The notes beneath the pieces were generated by a model, which made no database searches, was not told the DNA's origin, and worked only from the letters and a program-made list of their open reading frames with translations. A program made the translations under genes and the position numbers. A DNA stretch of 40,307 bases from a virus (lineage: Duplodnaviria > Caudoviricetes). Below are positions 8,816 through 15,755 of this stretch, piece by piece. The stretch spans positions 1-40,307 of IMG/VR virus record IMGVR_UViG_3300032233_001004, one strand, 5' to 3'. Within the stretch, counting starts at the first letter, position 1. Every line of letters begins with the position of its first letter.

Positions 8816-9463
8816 ATGGTAAAAATTAGCAACACTTCTAAACTGGATGCCCGCTCATGGTCATTACAAGCTATCGATACATGCCCCGGATCATGGGCAG
8901 AACCCGGGGTTTTGGTTGACGCATGCCGGGGATGCTATGCAACTACAGGAAATTACAATTACCCGAATGTAATCGCGCCTAGGGTACACAATCGCGAAGA
9001 TTGGCAGCGCCTAGAATGGGCCGATGACATGGTGGCAGAGCTAGATTCGGATCGCTATTTCCGGTGGTTTGATTCCGGTGATGTCTATTCGCTGGGACTA
9101 GCAGAGAAAATTCTCGAAGTTATGCAGCGCACCCCATGGTGCAAACATTGGTTTCCCACACGCATGCACAAATTCCCCAAATTCCGGGCAGTGTTTGCGT
9201 CTATGCAGCGCTTGGATAACGTGATGGTCCGATTCTCTGCCGATAGCGTAGACGGTAGCTATACGCCGGGTTTGCATGGATCGGTAATAGGACCGGATGC
9301 CGAAAGCTTTGCCCCTACCGATGGCGCGAAGCTTTGCGAAGCTTATGCCCACAATGGACAATGCTCCGGATGCCGCGCATGCTGGGACAAGAGCATCGAT
9401 CTAATTGCATATCCGGCCCACGGGCGCAAGATGGCTAAAGTTATCCGTTTGATGGCTATCTAA
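8816..9463 (+). CDS. Gp88-like Cys-rich (radical-SAM-like Fe-S) protein
   Basis: TCPG...CxxCYA, YFRWFDSGD and C-terminal C...CxxCxxCW motifs characteristic of the phage GP88 family. Confidence 0.8.
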   Translation: MVKISNTSKLDARSWSLQAIDTCPGSWAEPGVLVDACRGCYATTGNYNYPNVIAPRVHNREDWQRLEWADDMVAELDSDRYFRWFDSGDVYSLGLAEKILEVMQRTPWCKHWFPTRMHKFPKFRAVFASMQRLDNVMVRFSADSVDGSYTPGLHGSVIGPDAESFAPTDGAKLCEAYAHNGQCSGCRACWDKSIDLIAYPAHGRKMAKVIRLMAI

Positions 9464-9481
9464 CCCACACAGTCACCCAGT

Positions 9482-9503
9482 AACCCGGCATGTCCGGGTT
9501 TTT
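9482..9503 (+). terminator. Rho-independent terminator
   Basis: ACCCGG-CATGT-CCGGGT followed by a T run, just after the gp88-like stop. Confidence 0.8.
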
Positions 9504-9521
9504 GCGTTTGTGCGCCCGTGA

Positions 9522-9596
9522 ATCGGTGCGCCATTGGATCGGTGCGCCCATTGTTTGCCCATTGTGGGCCGGTATCGGTGCGCCTATTGTGGGCCG
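9522..9596 (+). repeat. Imperfect tandem direct repeats
   Basis: ATCGGTGCGCC at 9522, 9538 and 9574, each followed by (C/T)ATTG or ATTG. ATTGTGGGCCG occurs twice (9561, 9586). Confidence 0.85.
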
Positions 9597-9874
9597 TTTA
9601 TAGGGGTTTGCTTATGCGTTTGTTTAGCAGTAAAGGGAAAGCCGATTCAAGGCATTCTAGGGGCTATTTAAGCGGGTTTTCTCGCGTTTGTATGGGTATG
9701 GTGCATGCATAGGCGCTGCGCGATTGTGGCGCGTTTTATCGATTTTGCCTATTAGATGGGGGGGGATATGGGGAATTCTTTAGTTCGTGCAGTGAACAAA
9801 GTACGATTTGTGCCAACATTCGGTGGATTGACTAAAAAACAGGCAATCTACAAAACGTGGAATTTTCAAGAGAA

Positions 9875-9903
9875 GACCCCCCCCCTCAAAAAGTTTTGAC
9901 CTC
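9875..9903 (+). repeat. C-tract motif, copy 1 (copy 2 at 10571..10600)
   Basis: GACCCCCCCCCTCAAAAAGTTTTGACCTC versus GACCCCCCCCTGCAAAAGTTTTTGACCCTC. Confidence 0.75.
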
Positions 9904-9941
9904 TGTTTTTGCTTTTCAAAAATGGGTTTTATTTTGTGGAA

Positions 9942-10301
9942 CTATCCGAGAAATTTCAACTTGTAGATTGTGGAATCAATGGACTGTGCAATTTCATCTA
10001 TCAGGTTTTGGATTTCGCTATCTTGCGGAAGCTCCTGTCGTTCCTGCTCAACGTACTGTTTCAAAGTTACCAGTTCCTGCAAGCTGTCAGGGTTAGGACC
10101 ATGATATGAAAGCGGGAATTGTGGAACTACTTCATAGCGGCCCATCAAAGCTTCGGTCAATTGGTCTATCAAATCGGGAAGGCCGGTGTAGAACTCGCCC
10201 AGGGCTTGATGTTCGCCGTATCGAGTTGCTTGCCAATGCAGGATATGGGTGTTTGTGGCTGCGTGTAGCAGGGTCAAAATGAAGTCGGCTACTTTATCCA
10301 T
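9942..10301 (-). CDS. Ferritin/Dps-like four-helix protein (DUF5856-like)
   Basis: HILHW...H-x-A-L-x-E-F-Y...D-x-x-x-E ferroxidase-like pattern, ending YKLKFL. Confidence 0.8.
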   Translation of the reverse strand: MDKVADFILTLLHAATNTHILHWQATRYGEHQALGEFYTGLPDLIDQLTEALMGRYEVVPQFPLSYHGPNPDSLQELVTLKQYVEQERQELPQDSEIQNLIDEIAQSIDSTIYKLKFLG

Positions 10302-10662
10302 GATTGATTCCCAAGTGATTAAGGACGTTTCGGGCTGCTTCCACCTTCCAAGGTCTAGTGGAAATATTATTGGCGATTTTATGCCACTCTGCTACTTGGA
10401 GCAAATGAGCGGCTTGGAATGCTTCTTCTTTTTCTTCTTTGCTGGCAGACCCCTGATCCAGCCATTGGTGGCATCCGAAGCATCCCCATACGCTATAGGC
10501 ATCACTAGCCTTGATGCCCATTCCCTTGCCAGACCGAGCCGAATTGTGATGGCAGGCAACTGTGGAATCAGACCCCCCCCTGCAAAAGTTTTTGACCCTC
10601 AAAAGGCAAAACTGGTCTTGTGCCAGCTTCAGCAGGGATTTGTCTCTATAAATTATGGTCAT
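10294..10662 (-). CDS. Zn-binding HNH-like nuclease (DUF1364/Ref-like)
   Basis: C-x6-C, TVACHHN, GKGMGIKASD and CxxCH motifs. Start moved to MTIIYRD because the track start lies inside a hairpin. Confidence 0.8.
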   Translation of the reverse strand: MTIIYRDKSLLKLAQDQFCLLRVKNFCRGGSDSTVACHHNSARSGKGMGIKASDAYSVWGCFGCHQWLDQGSASKEEKEEAFQAAHLLQVAEWHKIANNISTRPWKVEAARNVLNHLGINHG

Positions 10663-10693
10663 AGGTTTAGCGTATAGGTTGTTGGCGACCAAG

Positions 10694-10826
10694 AATCCCC
10701 AGCCCGACATGACCCTAATAGCTATCGCCATCTGTCTTTGCTTAACCAACACGGCTGGGGACTGTTTACTTCGGGCTACCTTACGGCGTTACCTAGTTGA
10801 TCGGCATCCAATCCCCATGCGTGTTG
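10694..10826 (-). ncRNA. Candidate structured cis-regulatory RNA
   Basis: 18-bp imperfect stem (10826-10809 with 10764-10747) plus a downstream segment (10707-10694) complementary to both the 3' arm and the loop. Confidence 0.5.
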
Positions 10827-10840
10827 AAGCAGTAAAAATT

Positions 10841-11164
10841 CTACCCCATGTTCCGCAGTTCTGCCCGTTTGCTGTATTCCTGTGTCTTCCAAATTTCTAC
10901 CCTTAGTTCCGCAGCCTTCAACATGAATTTAAGCCGCTCTTCCTCTTCGGTAGCTGCTCTTAGCCCTTTTAGCTGTTCCACATAGTCATCATGGGCATAT
11001 GCGTAGGCTTCCTTTGCCCCAAGAGTTCCCTCTTCATTGCCCATTAGCTTGGATTTCACAGAGCGTAGGTAGTTCTCAATGAATACACGATTAGCCTTGG
11101 CCTCGGCGTACTTTGGAGCGTTGTCCCGCAGGTACTCAACGGCTTTATTTGGGTCTATTTCCAT
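10841..11164 (-). CDS. Conserved helical hypothetical protein
   Basis: 107 aa coiled-coil character, AGGA RBS. Confidence 0.75.
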   Translation of the reverse strand: MEIDPNKAVEYLRDNAPKYAEAKANRVFIENYLRSVKSKLMGNEEGTLGAKEAYAYAHDDYVEQLKGLRAATEEEERLKFMLKAAELRVEIWKTQEYSKRAELRNMG

Positions 11165-11172
11165 GTCTATTC

Positions 11173-11445
11173 CTATAAGTTTTCGTCAATCAATTTCTGT
11201 ACACCAGCACTCAAGTCACCATTCCCCATGTCCAGCAGGATCTGATGCTGGATACGGGTGTGGTTAATGTAGACCTGGGAGTCGTAGGGTCTTTCTCTTT
11301 TTCTTCCTGCACCCTTGCGGTAGCCACCATGCTTACCAATAACCCTACCAAGTCTTTTAGCCCGAGCAGCCCTACGCTTCTCCCGCTGGAGTTCTTTCAA
11401 CCACTCAGGCTTTGTATATACAAATGGGTCTTCAATTTCCATCAC
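11173..11445 (-). CDS. Putative DNA-binding protein
   Basis: HGGYRKGAGRK basic motif followed by a ribbon-helix-helix-like segment. Confidence 0.6.
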   Translation of the reverse strand: MMEIEDPFVYTKPEWLKELQREKRRAARAKRLGRVIGKHGGYRKGAGRKRERPYDSQVYINHTRIQHQILLDMGNGDLSAGVQKLIDENL

Positions 11446-11704
11446 ATACCCTCAACATTTGTAATGCTGCGTCTACGCTGTCAACCCGGCAAACTGCACC
11501 GCCGGTCCACTTCTCAAAGAAATCTTTCTGCAAGTCAGTCAGACGTTTTTTGTTCGATGCCTTGATTTCCATCAACAAAGTGTGATTTTTGTATCCAACA
11601 AGCAAGTCTACGGGAAGCCCAATGATCCAAACATACGCTCCAGCATTCCGCAGTGCAGCCACAATTTCGGCCTGATTCACATCTACCCTGGCTGCGCGTC
11701 TCAT
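11432..11704 (-). CDS. VRR-NUC / PD-(D/E)xK nuclease, putative Holliday junction resolvase
   Basis: DLLVGY...LMEIK...LTDLQKDF motifs. Confidence 0.8.
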   Translation of the reverse strand: MRRAARVDVNQAEIVAALRNAGAYVWIIGLPVDLLVGYKNHTLLMEIKASNKKRLTDLQKDFFEKWTGGAVCRVDSVDAALQMLRVCDGN

Positions 11705-11886
11705 TCAATTTCCCCATCTTTGAACTGCCGTAAGTAAGCTTTAATCCGAGGAATAGCATCCCTGCCATAGTGATCCACAGACCGATTGACCAGCTTAACC
11801 ATGTTTTCCCGATCTTTTGTCAAACAAAATGTTATCCATATTTCTCTTGCTCGGGCAAGTTCCAAATAGTCTCGATCGTTCATCAA
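11701..11886 (-). CDS. Hypothetical protein
   Basis: 61 aa, ATGA overlap. Confidence 0.6.
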   Translation of the reverse strand: MMNDRDYLELARAREIWITFCLTKDRENMVKLVNRSVDHYGRDAIPRIKAYLRQFKDGEIE

Positions 11887-11888
11887 AA

Positions 11889-12557
11889 TTAAAATAACAA
11901 TGTTTGCGTCTGAACTTGCCCACCATCATCATATTTTTTGCTTTCGCCTTTCGGATATGGTTCTATGGTGTATTTCAACGCTTTCAACATTGCTTGTTTT
12001 TCATATTTGTTTCCCAAGAAAAAAATATAACGATGTTTTCTCGATCTGTCTTGCAAGTAAAAATCATCGCCAAATTTTTCACGCATCCATTCTGCTCTGT
12101 TTTCCTGTCCTCTACTCATGTCAGCAATTGTTGCACCATGTAAATGCTCCATACCTTTGATTTTCCAATCAGTGCGTTTTGCGCTTAAACCGGTATAAAT
12201 AAAATTAGTAGCTTGATAAACATAGCCAACATGCCCCTGCTCTGTATCTGCATAACTTACAACAATCAATGGCTTGGGTAACATTTGCAATGATTTTCCA
12301 ACCAACATAGAAGCCATATTTGGTTGGTTATCGCAACAAAGTCTATTTAATTCTATGACGTAATCAATGTATTCTGAGCCGCAAATTCCCATTCTTAAAG
12401 TGCTACTAGATGGAATGCCATAGGTAACAATGCCAATCAATTGTTTGTTTTTATATAACCCAAATGCATAAGAAATAGGACATATTCTTTTGGCGTAATG
12501 TTTTCGCAATAACCACGGCTCAACTTCTACAGTTTTGATCGGTAGCACTTGAAACAT
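11889..12557 (-). CDS. Mom-family DNA modification protein (GNAT fold)
   Basis: KHY, ELNRL and VSYADxxQGHxGxVYQATNFIYTG motifs as in phage Mu Mom homologues. Confidence 0.8.
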   Translation of the reverse strand: MFQVLPIKTVEVEPWLLRKHYAKRICPISYAFGLYKNKQLIGIVTYGIPSSSTLRMGICGSEYIDYVIELNRLCCDNQPNMASMLVGKSLQMLPKPLIVVSYADTEQGHVGYVYQATNFIYTGLSAKRTDWKIKGMEHLHGATIADMSRGQENRAEWMREKFGDDFYLQDRSRKHRYIFFLGNKYEKQAMLKALKYTIEPYPKGESKKYDDGGQVQTQTLLF

Positions 12558-12560
12558 TTT

Positions 12561-13541
12561 TTACGATGCCACATGCGGATAGTTCGGGAAGAACAAGGGC
12601 CGGTCATGCGGCTCTGCAACATATTGCTGGGCATCACGATGAAACCACAGCTTCACGGTTGGCTCACCTTCCCCGCTGCCTTCATAGTTCCGCTGCTTAC
12701 GGCACAACAGGTAATGGTCAGGATCGCCATTCTGCTTCGCAAACTCACCCTGGTCCTTGATGGCATCCTCTTTAACCTTGTTGCGCCAGACCAGCATGAC
12801 GTTGTCCACTAAGTCGGTGATAGCCCCCGATCCCTTGTTGTCGTGCTTGTCAGGAACGCTATTCTCATTGGCCGGTTTTTTCAAGTGGTGGACAAGGTGG
12901 ATGTGCATGTCGTAGTCCCGTGCAACTGATGTCAACTCATCCACAAACTGCTTTTGCCCGTTGTAGTCATCTTCACCCTTAACGCACTTCGCCAAGTTAT
13001 CCACAAAAACATGAGTTATTCCCAATTCCTTAGCGCAATAACGCACCATACCAATGGTGGTGGCGGCATCAGCAGTTCCCATCTGGTCATACAACCACAT
13101 GCTGCCGGTGGTCCATTCCCCAAATTGATCGTACAGGCTGTCAAGGGCATCTATCCCGTCTTCCCCTTGAAACTCAACCGAGAACGGGTTACAACCAATC
13201 CACATCCGCGCCATCCGCTGTAGGGTTGTGGCGGGTTTCATCTCAAAAGAGGCTACACACACCTTCTCGCCCTGCCCAATGAGGCTGAGAGCCACTTGGG
13301 AAGTCATCAGGGATTTGCCATGCCCGTTCTGTCCTGACCACAGAGTAACCTCACCCTTGCGGAACTCAAAGTTCTCATTTGTCTTGCCCCAAGGAAGGTA
13401 GGTGACATGCTGCTTAACCTTTTCCCGCAACCGGCTCTTGATCACCCCAACGTAGTCGGATGCCTTTTTGACCTTGGTCTTCGCGTCTGTCTCCCGTAGG
13501 TACAGTCGGAAGTCAATCGTGTCACTCAATATTTCAGCCAT
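12561..13541 (-). CDS. DnaB-like (SF4) replicative helicase
   Basis: Walker A GQNGHGKS, SFEM, VFVDNL, LVHH and KGSGAI motifs. Start at MAEILSD. Confidence 0.92.
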   Translation of the reverse strand: MAEILSDTIDFRLYLRETDAKTKVKKASDYVGVIKSRLREKVKQHVTYLPWGKTNENFEFRKGEVTLWSGQNGHGKSLMTSQVALSLIGQGEKVCVASFEMKPATTLQRMARMWIGCNPFSVEFQGEDGIDALDSLYDQFGEWTTGSMWLYDQMGTADAATTIGMVRYCAKELGITHVFVDNLAKCVKGEDDYNGQKQFVDELTSVARDYDMHIHLVHHLKKPANENSVPDKHDNKGSGAITDLVDNVMLVWRNKVKEDAIKDQGEFAKQNGDPDHYLLCRKQRNYEGSGEGEPTVKLWFHRDAQQYVAEPHDRPLFFPNYPHVAS

Positions 13542-13827
13542 GCCAATCAATCCAATTATCGCAACAGGCAATTACTTTGCTTGCTGAGTGCTTTATGCAT
13601 AAATCCAAGAGCGTCTTGGCCCGTTCCACGCTGTAGCTGCTGATGTGGACATCTAAGCCAACAGTGTACCGCAAATCAAGTGTATTCAAGTTGTCGCCAT
13701 CAACACAGACCACAGGATCGTCCTGAAACTCTTCCCAAGTAGTTGTGCAAGGGTAGTCGAGTAACCAGATCGCAGACGGCTTGTAGCCCTGCATACGCAT
13801 CTTGATGATGCCATCGTGACCCTTCAT
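13534..13827 (-). CDS. Hypothetical protein between initiator and helicase
   Basis: 97 aa, overlaps both neighbours. Confidence 0.7.
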   Translation of the reverse strand: MKGHDGIIKMRMQGYKPSAIWLLDYPCTTTWEEFQDDPVVCVDGDNLNTLDLRYTVGLDVHISSYSVERAKTLLDLCIKHSASKVIACCDNWIDWHG

Positions 13828-14450
13828 ATCGCCCCCGCCAATCGGTTACCGGTAACGGGTGCTGCCTTGGTCACCCATTCGGCTTTAAAGCTTCTCCAGC
13901 CCCTGATCACAGTCTCGGTCAGGGCGGCATCCAATGTCCACCCAGCAAGTGCTGCCTGTTTCTTGATGTCAGCAATGACCAGTTCGGTGATTGGTGCTTT
14001 CTTCGCCTTTCTTGCATCAACAAAGGATTCCCACACCTTTGGAGACACACCGTCAGGTGCTTCGACCCTATTACTTGTTATTGGTTTATGTTTCTTGTTT
14101 AGTTGAACGGGCGTTGGACTAGCGTTCAACCGGCGTTCAGCAGATGCCTTACCTGCCTTGCTTGCATTGGAGAGACGCGCCCTGTATTGCTCGATTTCAC
14201 GGTCACAACGGGCATTTGTCCAGCCACTTCCGTCTTCTTTCAACATAAAAAAAGACTCCAAAACATACTGCACAATGTCCTCATGTTCACGCATGCCAAT
14301 CTGTCGTGCAACGCCCGTTATACCGCTGTTCAACGGCTGTTCGTGAAGGTAGTATTCATCCAATAACCGCCGGTAGGCAAGGTCTTCCAACAGGCTCAAA
14401 TTGCGTGTGTGACTCATGTAGTCACCGATGTTGAATTGGTAGTAGTGCAT
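13824..14450 (-). CDS. Replication initiator, YdaU/DUF1376 family
   Basis: MHYYQFNIGDY...LAYRRLLDEYY N-terminus and C-terminal W-x-x-F...RKAKKAP...RGW domain. Confidence 0.85.
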   Translation of the reverse strand: MHYYQFNIGDYMSHTRNLSLLEDLAYRRLLDEYYLHEQPLNSGITGVARQIGMREHEDIVQYVLESFFMLKEDGSGWTNARCDREIEQYRARLSNASKAGKASAERRLNASPTPVQLNKKHKPITSNRVEAPDGVSPKVWESFVDARKAKKAPITELVIADIKKQAALAGWTLDAALTETVIRGWRSFKAEWVTKAAPVTGNRLAGAI

Positions 14451-14629
14451 CAGTCTTCCCAAATGTCCCAGCGTCCCGTTTTACGGAATGCGTCTTCCTG
14501 TTCCTGTTCTATTTCCCGCTGAAGATTCAACTCAAAAGTTGACCAGAAAGCAGTCTTTTTCGACTCACTCTCATCCATGCCAATCAGCCCACTGCGATAG
14601 GCTATCTGTTCAATGTCAAAAAAGTTCAT
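14450..14629 (-). CDS. Hypothetical protein
   Basis: 59 aa from MNFFDIE, AAGGAG RBS. Confidence 0.65.
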   Translation of the reverse strand: MNFFDIEQIAYRSGLIGMDESESKKTAFWSTFELNLQREIEQEQEDAFRKTGRWDIWED

Positions 14630-14862
14630 ATTTTGCTCCTTGCTCTGATTGCAGCGGCGCATTCATTGGACGCGATGGAATAATCGTATGCATCAGCATC
14701 TCCACTCCATTCGCTGTCACACAACTTGGCGCACTCTTCACGCTCATACGCGGCTATCAACTCAGCAAAGCGTTCAAGTTCTTCCAAATACCAAACAGCA
14801 CCACCAGGCCAATACGGTTTAAATTTTTCGTTGGCGTGTCCAGCAAATCCTCTGATGTTCAT
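14626..14862 (-). CDS. Hypothetical protein with EREECAKLC...AAAIRAR module
   Basis: Module recurrent in betaproteobacterial phages, AAGGAG RBS. Confidence 0.7.
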   Translation of the reverse strand: MNIRGFAGHANEKFKPYWPGGAVWYLEELERFAELIAAYEREECAKLCDSEWSGDADAYDYSIASNECAAAIRARSKI

Positions 14863-15047
14863 GTTTTCTCCTTAAAAAGTTCGTGGATGGGACGCAGCTT
14901 TCGGGCTGTAGCTATCTCAATTGCAGTCACCAAAGAGGCCACAATCGCTGCCTCTAGGTCTTCTGAATCAATGTGGTATTCAATACGGTCTGCGGCTATA
15001 GAAAGCAGTTCGTACGCCAGTTCTGTTTCGATGTTTTGAGGGTTCAT
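14859..15047 (-). CDS. Hypothetical protein
   Basis: 62 aa, first gene of the leftward replication block. Confidence 0.6.
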   Translation of the reverse strand: MNPQNIETELAYELLSIAADRIEYHIDSEDLEAAIVASLVTAIEIATARKLRPIHELFKEKT

Positions 15048-15167
15048 TCGGTGACCTTACATCAAAAAACCAGAAAAAAAACTAGGGAAAACCCCTAGAA
15101 GAAAAGCGTAAAAGCTGGTTTAACATCCGTTCCACTGCAATCGAGCAGCAACCCTAAAGGGCACAAA
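15048..15167. promoter_or_regulatory. Divergent promoter region with inverted repeat
   Basis: Strand switch, A-tracts, and CTAGGG-AAAAC-CCCTAG at 15082-15098. Confidence 0.6.
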
Positions 15168-15347
15168 ATGGAACTTACTTTACATCGTGTTACAAAAATT
15201 GAACTAGGAAACATTCGGGAGGACATAACTTATTCCACCCGCACCATCACCATCACAACGGAAGACGGAAAAGAGGTAACGGTTGTGTGTTTTGCCAAAA
15301 ATGATGAGTTCGACACTCTCACCGAAGCCTTGAAGGTGACTGTATGA
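15168..15347 (+). CDS. Hypothetical protein (not in ORF track)
   Basis: MELTLHRVTKIELG...ALKVTV (59 aa), AAAGG RBS, ATGA overlap with the next gene. Confidence 0.7.
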   Translation: MELTLHRVTKIELGNIREDITYSTRTITITTEDGKEVTVVCFAKNDEFDTLTEALKVTV

Positions 15348-15535
15348 ACACAGAGTACACCTACGAAGGCGCTACTTTTGAGATCGAATGTGATGTGGAT
15401 TGGGTGGATTCCAAATACAACACTTTCGCCACCATTGTTAGCATCAAACACGCTGGCGTAGAGTTTTGGGACATTTTGCCCTTAGACACCATCAAATTTA
15501 TTGAAGAGAAAATTAACAATCGCATGGAGAATTGA
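15344..15535 (+). CDS. Hypothetical protein
   Basis: 63 aa, coupled. Confidence 0.7.
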   Translation: MNTEYTYEGATFEIECDVDWVDSKYNTFATIVSIKHAGVEFWDILPLDTIKFIEEKINNRMEN

Positions 15536-15536
15536 A

Positions 15537-15755
15537 ATGAAATCAGTATTTGAACAGTATCAAGAAGAATTTCACGATGTAATGTATTGCTGCTATTGCT
15601 GCACACCCCAAGATGGTAAATGGGGCTGTTGCCAAGAGAACCATTTTGTGCCTTTTCAAGATTTGTACCCGGAAGACCAGACCGCAATTATTGAAGGCGA
15701 AATTGAATGGGCAATACAGCAATCACAAAAACAGGAAGCGGCAAATGGACGTTAA
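15537..15755 (+). CDS. Small Cys-rich (putative Zn-binding) protein
   Basis: YCCYCC...GCCQENHF, start MKSVFEQ with GGAG RBS. Confidence 0.7.
   Translation: MKSVFEQYQEEFHDVMYCCYCCTPQDGKWGCCQENHFVPFQDLYPEDQTAIIEGEIEWAIQQSQKQEAANGR

Noticed and set aside
9522-9596. Possible mini-CRISPR array
   Set aside because: Repeats are only 11-23 bp with irregular short gaps, there are no spacer-sized unique segments, and no cas genes were found
9857-10567. DnaA boxes (TTCCACA on the minus strand)
   Set aside because: Only about 6 of 9 positions match TTATCCACA, so it is reported as an unassigned motif instead
10765-10808. Twister or other self-cleaving ribozyme in the hairpin loop
   Set aside because: Only fragments (UAAC, AGCCCG, UAAA) resemble the consensus, and the required stems and pseudoknots could not be built by eye
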